32,000 bases of DNA from Comamonadaceae bacterium (GTDB lineage: Bacteria; Pseudomonadota; Gammaproteobacteria; Burkholderiales; Burkholderiaceae_C), in assembly GCA_947447615.1 (NCBI GenBank), contig CANFJQ010000007.1:10428-42427 (forward strand), given 5' to 3'. The position numbers and the translations under genes are program-made. Every line of letters begins with the position of its first letter. Position 1 is the stretch's first letter. The notes beneath the pieces were generated by a model. The model made no database searches. It was not told the origin of the DNA and saw only the letters and a list, made by a program, of their open reading frames with translations. Positions 1 through 9,919 of this stretch are shown in pieces.

Positions 1-1239
1 GCAATTTTCAGCCGCAGCTGGGGCGTCGAAAACGGCAAACCTAAATCCTTCGACAAAATAGTGATGGAGCATCCGATTGGCAGCGGCCCCTACAAGATCG
101 GGCCGGTCAAGTTCGGCAAAGACATTACCTATGTGCGCGATCCCCAATACTGGGCCAAAGATCTCAATGTGCGACAAGGAACTGCGAATTTTGACCGGGT
201 CACGATAAAAATTTACAAAGACAACACTGCCAGGCTCGAAGCCGTGAAAGCCGGAGAGTTCGACCTGATGCGCTTTTTTTCTGCCGGCGACTGGGCACGC
301 AGGGTAAACGGTAAGCGCTTTGACAGCGGCGAATTGGTCAAGGCTGAATTCAAGCACCGCCTGCCGACCGGCTTTCAAAGCTTTGTGTTCAACACCCGGC
401 GTCCGCTATTTCAGGATGTGCGGGTGCGCGAGGCTATCGGCCTGGCCTTGGACTACGAGTGGATGAACCGCCAGATGTTTTATGGCGCCTACCAGCGCGT
501 GGTCGGCCTGTTCGGCAATACCGACTGCCAGGCAAGCGGTATGCCCGCCCAGGAAGAGCTGGCCCTGCTGGAGCCTTGGCGCAAGCACCTACCCGCCGCC
601 AGCTTTGGCCCTATGGCCAAGCCGCCGCGTACCGACGGAGACGCGTCTTTGCGCGGCAATCTGCGCCGGGCACTGGTCTTATTAAAAGGAGCGGGCTGGG
701 AAGTACGCGACGGCAAACTGCGCAATGACAAAGGAGAAATTTTTCGCATCGAGTTTCTCGACAGCAACGAAGGCTCCGCCAGGTTGACGGCGCCTTGGGT
801 GCGCAATTTGGAAAAAATTGGCATTGAAATGAATTTCAGGGCCGTTGACTTTTCTTTGTACCAGGAGCGGCTGCAAAAATTTCAATTCGATATCGTGTCC
901 ATCGCCTACCAGGGAACCAACAACCCTGGCCAGGATTACGTGGATTTATTCGGCAGCAAGGCAGCCGATACCGAGGACTCTGGCAATTTGACCGGCATTA
1001 AAAACCCGGCGGTTGATGCACTGCTGGAACGCTTGACTAGCGCGAAAAGCAAGGAGCAGATGCTCCATGCCTGCCGAGCGCTGGAACGCGTGGTCGCTCA
1101 CAGCCATATATTTGTTCCGCAATGGACCGCAGGTACGCATCGCATTGTGTATAGCGCCAAGCGCTTAGCGCTCCCTCCTAGCATGCCCCCGTATGCAGCC
1201 AATGAATTATGGGCAGTCCAAACTTGGTGGGCGAAATAA
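1..1239 (+). CDS. yejA: ABC transporter periplasmic substrate-binding protein, family 5 (YejA-like); 5' end lies outside the window
   Basis: Frame 1 is open from nt 1 with no stop before the listed ATG at 61. The protein has the size and character of a family-5 solute-binding protein. It is followed by two permeases and a fused double ATPase in the same order as E. coli yejABEF. Confidence 0.8.
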   Translation, partial: AIFSRSWGVENGKPKSFDKIVMEHPIGSGPYKIGPVKFGKDITYVRDPQYWAKDLNVRQGTANFDRVTIKIYKDNTARLEAVKAGEFDLMRFFSAGDWARRVNGKRFDSGELVKAEFKHRLPTGFQSFVFNTRRPLFQDVRVREAIGLALDYEWMNRQMFYGAYQRVVGLFGNTDCQASGMPAQEELALLEPWRKHLPAASFGPMAKPPRTDGDASLRGNLRRALVLLKGAGWEVRDGKLRNDKGEIFRIEFLDSNEGSARLTAPWVRNLEKIGIEMNFRAVDFSLYQERLQKFQFDIVSIAYQGTNNPGQDYVDLFGSKAADTEDSGNLTGIKNPAVDALLERLTSAKSKEQMLHACRALERVVAHSHIFVPQWTAGTHRIVYSAKRLALPPSMPPYAANELWAVQTWWAK

Positions 1240-1241
1240 AT

Positions 1242-2267
1242 ATGTTTCAATATATTCTTAAGCGTATTTTGTTGATGATCCCGACGCTGCTGGGCGTGTT
1301 GTTTGTCACCTTTGCGGTGATTCAATTTGTGCCCGGAGGACCGGTAGAACAATACTTGGCAGAGGCCAAAGCGGCCGGCCCTGGGGCGGAGGGTGCCGGT
1401 ATGTCTTACCGCGGATCGCAAGGTGTTGATACCAAGCGTTTGGAGCAAATCAAAGCACTTTACGGATTCGACAAGCCGCCTAGCGAGCGCTTTATCCAGA
1501 TGATCGGGCAATTTGCGCGCTTTGATTTGGGTAAAAGCTTTTTCCAAAACAAGGATGTCAGTACCTTAATTATTGAGAAGCTACCGGTATCGATCAGCCT
1601 GGGCCTCTGGACTTTTTTCATCAGCTACCTGGTGGCGGTGCCACTGGGTATCGCCAAAGCGGTGCGTGCCGGTACCCGGTTCGATTTGCTCACGAGCGTG
1701 CTAGTGCTGCTCGGTTATGCGATACCCGGCTTTGTCCTGGGCGTGGTGTTGCTGGTTGTTTTCGGGGGGCAATTGCAATGGTTTCCGCTGCGTGGATTGA
1801 CCTCCAGCAATTGGGAAGAATTAACTTGGGGCGCGCGCATCGTGGATTACCTTTGGCATATCGTGCTGCCTGTTACGTCCATGGTATTGGGCAGCTTTGC
1901 AGTGATCACTATGCTAACCAAAAACGCATTTCTAGAGGAAATTCGTAAGCAGTATGTAGTCACCGCACGCGCCAAAGGCCTTGCGGAGCGCCAGGTACTT
2001 TGGAAGCATGTCATGCGCAACGCTTTGATTCCGATCGTGACCCATTTTCCAGCAGCCTTTGTCGGTGCGTTTTTTACCGGCTCACTGCTGATTGAAACCT
2101 TGTTTTCTCTTGATGGCCTGGGCTTGCTCAGCTTTGAGAGCGTAATTCGGCGTGATTACCCGGTCGTACTGGGCACTTTGTACCTCTTCACCCTGATCGG
2201 ACTGGTCACCAAGTTGATTTCCGACCTGTGCTACGTGTGGGTAGACCCGCGCGTGCGATTTGATTGA
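1242..2267 (+). CDS. yejB: ABC transporter permease (YejB-like)
   Basis: The ATG at 1242 lies 3 nt after the upstream stop and gives MFQYILKRILLMIPTLLGV, a typical DppB/OppB/YejB N-terminus. Multiple TM segments are present. It is in frame with listed ORF 1209..2267. Confidence 0.85.
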   Translation: MFQYILKRILLMIPTLLGVLFVTFAVIQFVPGGPVEQYLAEAKAAGPGAEGAGMSYRGSQGVDTKRLEQIKALYGFDKPPSERFIQMIGQFARFDLGKSFFQNKDVSTLIIEKLPVSISLGLWTFFISYLVAVPLGIAKAVRAGTRFDLLTSVLVLLGYAIPGFVLGVVLLVVFGGQLQWFPLRGLTSSNWEELTWGARIVDYLWHIVLPVTSMVLGSFAVITMLTKNAFLEEIRKQYVVTARAKGLAERQVLWKHVMRNALIPIVTHFPAAFVGAFFTGSLLIETLFSLDGLGLLSFESVIRRDYPVVLGTLYLFTLIGLVTKLISDLCYVWVDPRVRFD

Positions 2268-2298
2268 TCGACAGGTGCGCCAATTGAACCAGGCAACC

Positions 2299-3363
2299 AT
2301 GCAAACCACCACACTCAGCCTCTCCCCAGGGCGCCGCGCATGGTTGCGCTTTAAACGCAATAAAGTAGGCTACTGGAGCCTGCTTATTTTTTGCTGCATG
2401 GTGGCGCTCAGTTTGTGCGCTGAGTTGATCTCCAACGACCGCCCCTTGGTCGTCCGCTACCAGGGCAAGACCTATTTCCCGGTGCTGCACGAATATCCAG
2501 AAAAAACATTTGGGGGCGATTTCGATACGCCTACTGATTATCTGGATCCTTTTATACGTGAGGCACTTACGAAAGAGGGGAACTGGGCAGTTTTCGCTCC
2601 CAATCCTTACGGCTACAAAACGCTCAATTATTTTGCGAAAGAACCGAATCCTTCCCGCCCCACCAAAGACAATTTCTTGGGCACCGATGACCGGGGGCGC
2701 GACTTATTAGCCCAGCTGATTTACGGATTCCGCGTCAGTGTGCTTTTTGCGCTGGCCCTGACGATCAGCGGAACCCTGTTGGGAGTCATCACCGGCGCGA
2801 TTCAAGGCTTTTTCGGTGGCCGCACCGATCTGGCATTTCAGCGCTTTATTGAAATTTGGGGGTCCATGCCCGAGCTGTATTTGCTCATTATTTTCAGCGC
2901 GGTGTTTGCCCCTAGCATTGTGCTGTTGCTGGTATTGCTGAGTTTGTTTGGCTGGATGGGGCTTTCCGACTATGTGCGCGCCGAGTTTTTGCGCAACCGC
3001 CAATTGGACTATGTGCGCGCGGCACGCGCCTTGGGTGTTAGCAACTGGCGCATCATCACCCGGCATATATTGCCCAATAGCATGACGCCGGTGGTCACCT
3101 TTTTACCGTTTCGCATGAGCGGGGCGATTTTGGCGCTGACATCGCTGGACTTTCTCGGGCTGGGCGTTCCGCCAGGCACGCCGTCTTTAGGAGAGCTCTT
3201 GCTTCAAGGCAAAAACAGCATCGATGCCTGGTGGATATCGGTTTTCACTTTTTTGGTCTTGGTGGTCACTTTGTTGCTGCTGACCTTTATGGGTGATGCA
3301 CTGCGCGATGCGCTCGACCCGCGCAAGGCAGATCAAGACGCTCCTGCGGGAGGGCCGCAATGA
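2299..3363 (+). CDS. yejE: ABC transporter permease (YejE-like)
   Basis: Starting at the ATG at 2299, the N-terminus (RRAWLRFKRNKVGYWSLLIF...LCAELISNDRPLVVRY) is colinear with my recollection of E. coli YejE. The C-terminal PSLGELLLQGKN motif is also present. A TTG at 2260 is an alternative start. Confidence 0.85.
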   Translation: MQTTTLSLSPGRRAWLRFKRNKVGYWSLLIFCCMVALSLCAELISNDRPLVVRYQGKTYFPVLHEYPEKTFGGDFDTPTDYLDPFIREALTKEGNWAVFAPNPYGYKTLNYFAKEPNPSRPTKDNFLGTDDRGRDLLAQLIYGFRVSVLFALALTISGTLLGVITGAIQGFFGGRTDLAFQRFIEIWGSMPELYLLIIFSAVFAPSIVLLLVLLSLFGWMGLSDYVRAEFLRNRQLDYVRAARALGVSNWRIITRHILPNSMTPVVTFLPFRMSGAILALTSLDFLGLGVPPGTPSLGELLLQGKNSIDAWWISVFTFLVLVVTLLLLTFMGDALRDALDPRKADQDAPAGGPQ

Positions 3364-4955
3364 CACTGCTGAGCGTCTCCAATATGCGGATCCACTTTGG
3401 CCCTAAAGAGGTTGTCAAAGGCATAGACTTCTCCATTGCCCCCGGAGAAAAACTGGCGCTGGTGGGCGAGTCGGGCTCGGGTAAGACGGTTAGCGCGCTC
3501 AGCCTCTTAGGCCTGCTGGGCAACGGGCGTTGCTCTGGCACCGCAAAATTCAATGGTGCCACTGGCGCAAAAGAACTTTTCTCTTTGTCAGAAGAAGCCA
3601 TGCGCGCCGTCCGAGGGCAAGAAATTGCCATGATTTTCCAAGAGCCGATGACAGCCTTAAATCCGCTCTTCTCCATTGGCAATCAAATTGCCGAAGTAGT
3701 CCAACTCAAACTCGGCCTGAACGCCTCACAAGCAGCGAAAGCCACGATTGAATTGCTAGAGAAAACCGGCATGCCGGAGCCAGCGCGCCGCGCCAATGCA
3801 TTCCCGCACCAGTTGTCTGGCGGTCAGCGACAACGCGCGATGATTGCGATGGCATTGGCCTGTAAACCGCGTCTGTTGCTTGCCGATGAGCCCACCACCG
3901 CCTTAGACGTGTCCGTACGAGCGCAAATTTTGGATTTACTCCAAGACCTACAGCGTGAAACCGGCATGGCGGTTTTGATGATTACCCATGACCTGAACTT
4001 GGTGCGCAAATTTGCCGATCGGGTAGCCGTGATGGAAAACGGCCATCTGGTGGAGTCTGGCAGTGTCGCTGAAGTGTTTGCGCATGCCCAGCACGCCTAC
4101 ACCCGCAAGCTGATTGACAGCAGGCCCAGCCGAGACCCCCTGGAAGCTGCCGCCATTGCAGGCCCCGCTTTGTTGGAGGCCAAAGATGTGAAGGTGGATT
4201 ACCCGGTACCGCTACCAGGTTGGCGTGGGTGGTTTAAAAAAGGCAGTTTTACGGCGGTGCACCAGGCTAGTTTTTCGATTGGTATGGGGCGCACCTTAGG
4301 CGTCATTGGTGAATCCGGGTCGGGCAAGTCCAGCCTTGCGCTGGCGGTCTTGGGCTTGCATCCACATGGTGGAAAGATACGCTTTGATGGCCAAGGCTGG
4401 GGCAAAAACAAATTGTCCGATCAGCGACTACGTCGCGCCATGCAAGTGGTTTTTCAAGACCCATTTTCATCACTCTCACCGCGCATGACCGTGGGAGAAA
4501 TTGTAGGCGAAGGCCTGCTGGTACACCACACCGAATTAGGCCCAGCGCAGCGCCAAGAACGCGTGTTGCAAACCCTGGCCGAGGTGGGCTTGACTGAGGC
4601 GCAGTTTCCCAACTTGCTGGCGCGCTACCCACACGAGTTTTCGGGGGGGCAGCGCCAGCGCGTGGCGATTGCGCGGGCCCTGATTGTCGATCCGCGCTTG
4701 CTGGTCCTCGATGAACCCACCAGCGCGCTAGACGTGACGATTCAAAAACAGGTGCTGAGCTTGCTGCAGGGCTTGCAGCGCAATCGGGGCTTAAGTTATT
4801 TGCTGATCACCCACGATGTGGCGGTGATTCGGGCCATGGCCCATGAGGTCTTGGTAATGAAAGATGGACAGGTGGTCGAAATGGGTGCCACCGACGCAGT
4901 GCTCAATGAATCGCAACACCCCTACACCAAGACCTTGATCGCTGCTAGTGCTTGA
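3360..4955 (+). CDS. yejF: ABC transporter ATP-binding protein with two fused ATPase domains (YejF-like)
   Basis: Two Walker A motifs ([16 protein letters not shown]) and two LSGGQRQR signature motifs. The start overlaps the upstream stop in an ATGA junction. Confidence 0.9.
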   Translation: MTLLSVSNMRIHFGPKEVVKGIDFSIAPGEKLALVGESGSGKTVSALSLLGLLGNGRCSGTAKFNGATGAKELFSLSEEAMRAVRGQEIAMIFQEPMTALNPLFSIGNQIAEVVQLKLGLNASQAAKATIELLEKTGMPEPARRANAFPHQLSGGQRQRAMIAMALACKPRLLLADEPTTALDVSVRAQILDLLQDLQRETGMAVLMITHDLNLVRKFADRVAVMENGHLVESGSVAEVFAHAQHAYTRKLIDSRPSRDPLEAAAIAGPALLEAKDVKVDYPVPLPGWRGWFKKGSFTAVHQASFSIGMGRTLGVIGESGSGKSSLALAVLGLHPHGGKIRFDGQGWGKNKLSDQRLRRAMQVVFQDPFSSLSPRMTVGEIVGEGLLVHHTELGPAQRQERVLQTLAEVGLTEAQFPNLLARYPHEFSGGQRQRVAIARALIVDPRLLVLDEPTSALDVTIQKQVLSLLQGLQRNRGLSYLLITHDVAVIRAMAHEVLVMKDGQVVEMGATDAVLNESQHPYTKTLIAASA

Positions 4956-5017
4956 ACCCTGCGGGCGCAGGCTTTAACTGCGCCAACCGCTAATCGCATC
5001 CTCCGCGCGCTATAGCC

Positions 5018-5048
5018 AAAAAAATGCCACCCGAAGGTGGCATTTTTG
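5018..5048. terminator. Bidirectional rho-independent terminator between convergent genes
   Basis: Stem atgccacc (5024-5031), loop cgaa, stem ggtggcat (5036-5043). An A-run lies upstream and a T-run downstream. It sits between the yejF stop and the stop of the CDGSH gene. Confidence 0.75.
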
Positions 5049-5060
5049 CTGGAGCAAAAT

Positions 5061-5324
5061 TTAGGCCAGTGCTTTGTGCGCACCATCACACAAGGGCTTG
5101 GCAGCGCTGTGTTTGCAACCGCAAAAATACACCGTCTTGGTTTCTTCGGTGTGGTATTTCACCGGAGTGAACGCGCTGCCTTTGTGCGAACCATCGCAAA
5201 ATGGTTGCGACTTGCTTTGCCCGCAGGAGCACCAGTAGTAATCTTTACCCGCCTCCACATTGCTGGCGTACGGGGACTTTTGGGCGATATGGGGTTCCAT
5301 GGGCTTTTCCTTCTTGTTAAACAT
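5061..5324 (-). CDS. CDGSH iron-sulfur domain-containing protein
   Basis: Two CDGSH-type motifs: CSCGQSKSQPFCDGSHKG and CGCKHSAAKPLCDGAHK. Confidence 0.85.
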   Translation of the reverse strand: MFNKKEKPMEPHIAQKSPYASNVEAGKDYYWCSCGQSKSQPFCDGSHKGSAFTPVKYHTEETKTVYFCGCKHSAAKPLCDGAHKALA

Positions 5325-5382
5325 TTTTCAAGGTCACAGGCCACGCCGTGGTATGCGCTGCGTGCGGGCTATAGCCCACCCA

Positions 5383-6327
5383 TTATGCGCCCGGCCCCAG
5401 GCCTGGCGATGCACGCCAAAAAGGCGCCAAACGCGCCACAAACCCCGGTGTATCTTCAAAATACGGCAGTGCGCCGCCTGGCACTAAAGCGGACTGCCAG
5501 CGCTTGCGTGTTTTGAGCAAGGCCAGGCCCCGGTAATCGGTGAAGTCGCCGCGCGTGGCCATGGAAACCCATACCGGGCATGGCAGGGCTTCGTAAACGG
5601 TGTGAATGTCAGTACTGAACATGGCCATGGACAAAAAACACAAGGGCGCGTGGCGAGCACCCGGCTGGCGCGCCGTGACTACGCAGTAGTGCCACAGGCT
5701 TTCGTCGATGGCCTCGCTACCAAAAGTGCGGCGCAGGAAATAGCGCACCACACCAGGCCGCGTAAGCAACTCAAACAAAGCTTGCGACCACAATGGCCGT
5801 TGCAAAAACGCGTGTACGCCTGCCTTGTACAAAGTGCTGCCTAAGGGCGCTTTACGCACGCGGCGCCCACTGAGACCCGTGGGGCTGACCAGTGCCAAGT
5901 GCGCAATGCGATGTGGCGCTTCCATCGCCGCCCTTGCGGCAAACTCCGAAGACAGGGACACCGCCAGAACATCGATAGGGACATCACCATGGCGCTGGGC
6001 CATCGCTGCCAGCACGGCATGGATGGCATCGGTCATCAGCCTGGGCGTGTAGAGCTGCTCGGCTCGCTCTGAAAATCCAAAGCCTGGAAGCTCCATGGCC
6101 AACACAATGCGCTCTGCGCTGTAGTGGCGAAACAGCGGCGCTACTTCGGCAGCCGATGCCGCCGCATTCACGCTGTGAATCAGTAGCAGCGGCGCCAACT
6201 GCACATCGGCCTTTTCGGGTAGCGACCAATAAACACTGACTCGCCCGGCCGCCGTGTCCAGTTCTACGCGTGCCGCGTCTATGCAAGGGCTTAGCGCTTG
6301 GGCCATGGCATTCATGGTGTCCATCAT
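5383..6327 (-). CDS. alpha/beta hydrolase fold protein
   Basis: 314 aa with an LLLIHS oxyanion-type segment and a nucleophile-elbow-like AVSLSS. It overlaps the folK stop by 4 nt, suggesting the same operon. Confidence 0.65.
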   Translation of the reverse strand: MMDTMNAMAQALSPCIDAARVELDTAAGRVSVYWSLPEKADVQLAPLLLIHSVNAAASAAEVAPLFRHYSAERIVLAMELPGFGFSERAEQLYTPRLMTDAIHAVLAAMAQRHGDVPIDVLAVSLSSEFAARAAMEAPHRIAHLALVSPTGLSGRRVRKAPLGSTLYKAGVHAFLQRPLWSQALFELLTRPGVVRYFLRRTFGSEAIDESLWHYCVVTARQPGARHAPLCFLSMAMFSTDIHTVYEALPCPVWVSMATRGDFTDYRGLALLKTRKRWQSALVPGGALPYFEDTPGFVARLAPFWRASPGLGPGA

Positions 6328-6857
6328 GCACGCCCTGCGCTACTTTGCGCCACGCCTTGCGGGCTGGCTGCCAGTTCGCGCAAAAGCGGCTCGGCGACAG
6401 GTTCTATGGCCTGGTCAGCCACGGCTTGCAACGCTTGCGCGCTCACCAAAGCAGGCGCAATATCGGCCAAAGGACGCAAAACAAAAGCCCGCTGGTACAT
6501 ACGCGGATGCGGCACGGTCAGGCGTGGGCTGTCGATACGCGCGGCGCCATAGAGCAAGATATCCAAATCCAGCGTACGCGGGGCATTGCGGTAGGGGCGT
6601 TCGCGCCCGGCACCACGCTCCAATTGGTGCAAGCGGTCTAGTAATTCGGGAGCGCTCAGGCGCGTGGAAATTTGCAGCACGGCGTTGAAGTAGTCCGGGC
6701 CGCTGGAATCCACGGGCGCGCTGCGGTACAGCGGGGATGCAGCATGCAACTGGCAGTGTTCAAACGCGCCGATGGCACGCACAGCGTCTTGCACCGCCTG
6801 GCGTGCGTCGCCCAAATTGGCGCCCAGGCCAATGGTGGCAATTAGCGGCTCGCGCAT
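6324..6857 (-). CDS. folK: 2-amino-4-hydroxy-6-hydroxymethyldihydropteridine diphosphokinase (HPPK)
   Basis: HPPK motifs IGLGANLGD, SPLYRSAPV and RTLDLDILLYG. It lies directly downstream of pcnB, as in the E. coli pcnB-folK operon. Confidence 0.9.
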   Translation of the reverse strand: MREPLIATIGLGANLGDARQAVQDAVRAIGAFEHCQLHAASPLYRSAPVDSSGPDYFNAVLQISTRLSAPELLDRLHQLERGAGRERPYRNAPRTLDLDILLYGAARIDSPRLTVPHPRMYQRAFVLRPLADIAPALVSAQALQAVADQAIEPVAEPLLRELAASPQGVAQSSAGRA

Positions 6858-6869
6858 CGGACGGCTTAT

Positions 6870-8492
6870 TTAATTAGATGCGGCAGGGTCGCCCTGCAAT
6901 GGGCCATCGCCCGCTGCACGACCAGCACCACCACGACGACGTCGACGGCGTTTTTTGGGGGCCAGCCCGGCATCGTCAAAGCCGCCTTCTTCACCAGCGG
7001 CAGCGCGCGTCGGAGCTTGCGCTTGGGGCGTGGCGCCCACGCTATCGCCAGAATCGGCAGAAGGGCGCGGCGCGGACGCAGGCCGGGGTGCGCGCACCGC
7101 ACGCGGGCGCTTGAGGTTTTCTTTGCGCACCTGGTCCACCAAGTCTTCGCGCATGGCATCGTCGCCGGTGGAGAATTCTTGCCACCAGTCAGCCAGCACT
7201 TCGTCCACTTCGCCAATATCGGCGCGCAGGCGCATAAAGTCAAAAGCGGCGCGAAAGCGCTCTTGCTGCACCAGACCAAAAGGTGCACTGCCCACGCGTT
7301 TTTCAAAGCGCGGTTGCATCATCCAAATCTCGCGCATATCGGCGGCCAATTTGCCACGCCCGGACACATCGCCAATGCGGGCGTTAAACACATCGTCTAT
7401 CGCATCCTGCAAAGCCGGGTGCGCGTGCTGGCCCTGGGCCTGGCGCGCGGCCCAGCCGTCGCGCACATCGGCCCAGAGTACGCAGGCCAGCAAAAAGCTA
7501 GGCGCTACCGGTTTGCCCTCGCCCACGCGGCGGTCGGTGTCTTGCAAAGCGGTGGTGACAAACGCGTGGTCGGCACGCTCGACCACCAGATCGAGCAAGG
7601 GATAAATGCCGCGCTCCAGCCCGAGCTTGCGCAATTGCGCAATCGAGGCCAGTGCATGCCCGGTTTGCAAGAGTTTGAGCATCTCGTCAAACAAACGGCT
7701 TTGCGGCACATCGGCCAGCAGTGGCAGGCATTTGCGCAAAGGCGCTGCGGTTTTGCTGTCCACCTTAAAGCCCAGCGGCGCCAACTTGGCCGCAAAGCGC
7801 ACTGCGCGGATGATGCGCACCGGGTCTTCGCGGTAGCGCACACCGGCGTCACCAATCATCTTGAGGGTTTTGTTTTTCGCGTCTTTGATGCCACCGTGGT
7901 AATCCACCAGCACTTGCGTTTGCGGGTCGTAGTACATCGCGTTGATGGTGAAGTCGCGGCGCACCGCGTCTTCTTCTTGCGGACCCCAGACGTTGTCGCG
8001 CAGCACGCGGCCTGTAGAGTCCACGGCGTGCTTCATACCGGCCAGCTCACTCTTGCTGGTTTTTTCATTGCCCGCCACTTGCTCGGCAGCGGCATTGTCC
8101 AAATAGGCGCGGAAGGTGGAGACCTCGATCACTTCATGCTCGCGCCCACGGCCATAGACCACGTGCACGATGCGAAAGCGCCGCCCAATAATGAAGGCGC
8201 GGCGGAACAGGGATTTGACTTGTTCGGGCGTGGCGTCGGTGGCGACATCAAAGTCTTTGGGGCGCAGGCCCAGCAGCAAATCGCGCACCGCGCCGCCGAC
8301 GATGTAGGCCACAAAACCGGCGTCTTGCAAAGTACGCACCACGTTGGCGGCGCGCTCATCGACGAGCGAGGGGTCTATGCCATGGGTTTTGACCGGCACG
8401 TCCACGCGCTTGCCCAAAGCGGGTTTGCCACCGGGACTGGTGTTGCCGCCAGTAGCTTTTGCCAACAAGTCTGTAATAAATTTTTTGATCAT
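6870..8492 (-). CDS. pcnB: poly(A) polymerase I
   Basis: Nucleotidyltransferase motif YIVGGAVRDLLLG...KDFD, RRDFTINAMYY, and a long basic Arg/Ala-rich C-terminal tail. Context is with folK. Confidence 0.9.
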   Translation of the reverse strand: MIKKFITDLLAKATGGNTSPGGKPALGKRVDVPVKTHGIDPSLVDERAANVVRTLQDAGFVAYIVGGAVRDLLLGLRPKDFDVATDATPEQVKSLFRRAFIIGRRFRIVHVVYGRGREHEVIEVSTFRAYLDNAAAEQVAGNEKTSKSELAGMKHAVDSTGRVLRDNVWGPQEEDAVRRDFTINAMYYDPQTQVLVDYHGGIKDAKNKTLKMIGDAGVRYREDPVRIIRAVRFAAKLAPLGFKVDSKTAAPLRKCLPLLADVPQSRLFDEMLKLLQTGHALASIAQLRKLGLERGIYPLLDLVVERADHAFVTTALQDTDRRVGEGKPVAPSFLLACVLWADVRDGWAARQAQGQHAHPALQDAIDDVFNARIGDVSGRGKLAADMREIWMMQPRFEKRVGSAPFGLVQQERFRAAFDFMRLRADIGEVDEVLADWWQEFSTGDDAMREDLVDQVRKENLKRPRAVRAPRPASAPRPSADSGDSVGATPQAQAPTRAAAGEEGGFDDAGLAPKKRRRRRRGGAGRAAGDGPLQGDPAASN

Positions 8493-8543
8493 AAAACTAG
8501 GGTTGCGCCTGGCCTGCGTGTGCGGGGATAGGGCGCGTCGCCT

Positions 8544-9230
8544 TTAGGCGAAGAGTTCGAGTATGCGCCATCCGCGCGCTTGGGCAATCGCGCGCAGCGG
8601 CTCATCCGGGTTGGTGGCCACTGGCACATTGGCCTTTTCTAAGAGCGGCAGGTCGTTGATCGAGTCGGAGTAAAACGTGCTGTGCACGTCCTGCCAGCCC
8701 AAATTACGCGCGGCCAGCCACGCTTGCACACGCGCCACCTTGCCTTCGCGAAAGCTGGGCACGCCGCGCACTTCGCCGGTAAACCAGCCGCTGCCGCCGG
8801 GCGTAGTGTCGCGCTGCAAATCGACAGCCATTAATTCGTCCGCGCCCAGGGCAGCAGCAATCGGGCGGGTGACAAATTCATTGGTCGCCGTCACCACAAT
8901 CACGGTGGCACCATCGGCTTTGTGCTGGCGCACCAAGTCAAAAGCTTGTGGCAACAAGCCGGGCTTGACCACTTCTTCCATATAGCGCGCATGCGCCTGG
9001 CGCGCAGCAGCTTCGCCACGCTGCACAAATGCGGCGGTGGCGAAGCGGGCGTATTCAAAAATGTCCAAGGTACCGGCTTTGTACTGGGCGTAAAAAATAT
9101 CGTTGCGCCGGGTGAACTCCACCGGGTCGGTCCAACCCAGGCGGGCGGTGAACTGGCCCCAGCTGTAATCAGAATCAAAAGGGATTAGCGTGTGGTCCAG
9201 GTCAAACAGGGCCAGCTTGGGCAAACTCAT
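8544..9230 (-). CDS. HAD-IB family hydrolase (phosphoserine-phosphatase-like)
   Basis: HAD motif I FDLDHTL at the N-terminus, motif II VVTATN, and motif IV-like YSDSINDLPLL. Confidence 0.8.
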   Translation of the reverse strand: MSLPKLALFDLDHTLIPFDSDYSWGQFTARLGWTDPVEFTRRNDIFYAQYKAGTLDIFEYARFATAAFVQRGEAAARQAHARYMEEVVKPGLLPQAFDLVRQHKADGATVIVVTATNEFVTRPIAAALGADELMAVDLQRDTTPGGSGWFTGEVRGVPSFREGKVARVQAWLAARNLGWQDVHSTFYSDSINDLPLLEKANVPVATNPDEPLRAIAQARGWRILELFA

Positions 9231-9916
9231 GTGTTCTCCAACATAGAACGAATCAAGGGGATGGTGATGGCGCGCTGGGTTTGTAGCGCGTAGCGGTCTA
9301 GCTCGTCGAGCAAGGCCAGCAGGCTGCCCAGGTCGCGGCTGAAGCGGCGCAAGGTGTAGTCCATCACTTCATCGCTTAAAAACAAGCCGCGCGCATCGGC
9401 CGCCTGGCGCAGCACAGCACGGCTTTGCGCTTCGCCCAGGGGCTGCATCAAAAATATATGGCCCCAGCCTAGGCGGGTGCGCAGGTCTTCTCGCAAGAGC
9501 AAATCGGCCGGTGCGCTGCTGCCAGCGGCCAGCACCGGGCGTTGCAGGCTGTGCGCCTGCACAAACCACTGAAAAGCGGTGTGCTGCTGAGCGGCGGAAT
9601 ACAGATGCACATCGTCCATCAGCACCATGGCCCAGGATTCGTCAAACTCGGGCGGCGTGGCGCCAGATGCATCCATGCACCCGGCGCTGGCGCCGCGTGC
9701 GCGCAGGCCTTCTTCTACCGCGCGCAGCAAATGCGTCTTGCCGCTTCCTTCTGGGCCCCACAAATAGGTCGGCACGGCGAGCGCGTCAGGTGCTGGCTGG
9801 CCTTGTAACAGGCGCTGCAAGTGCGCATGGACGGCGCTATTGGGGCCGGGGAAAAAATTGTCCAGCGTCGCCGGGCCGGGCATGGCGATGTCGAGCGCGA
9901 TTTGCCGCATCACCAT
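9227..9916 (-). CDS. hda: DnaA regulatory inactivator Hda
   Basis: Walker A-like GPEGSGKTHLL. The C-terminus RAITIPLIRSMLEN resembles the E. coli Hda end (KLTIPFVKEILKL). About 229 aa. An alternative ATG lies two codons downstream. Confidence 0.8.
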   Translation of the reverse strand: MVMRQIALDIAMPGPATLDNFFPGPNSAVHAHLQRLLQGQPAPDALAVPTYLWGPEGSGKTHLLRAVEEGLRARGASAGCMDASGATPPEFDESWAMVLMDDVHLYSAAQQHTAFQWFVQAHSLQRPVLAAGSSAPADLLLREDLRTRLGWGHIFLMQPLGEAQSRAVLRQAADARGLFLSDEVMDYTLRRFSRDLGSLLALLDELDRYALQTQRAITIPLIRSMLENT

Positions 9917-9919
9917 GAA

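Noticed and set aside
7017-8531. A 504-aa ORF on the plus strand opposite pcnB. Similar long antisense ORFs are 6955..7605, 9821..10381, 10409..11269, 16113..16658, the 5' part of 16628..17560, and 17297..17917.
   Set aside because: These are typical GC-rich shadow ORFs. They are Arg/Ala/Gly/His-rich low-complexity translations that fully overlap genes with strong family signatures on the other strand.
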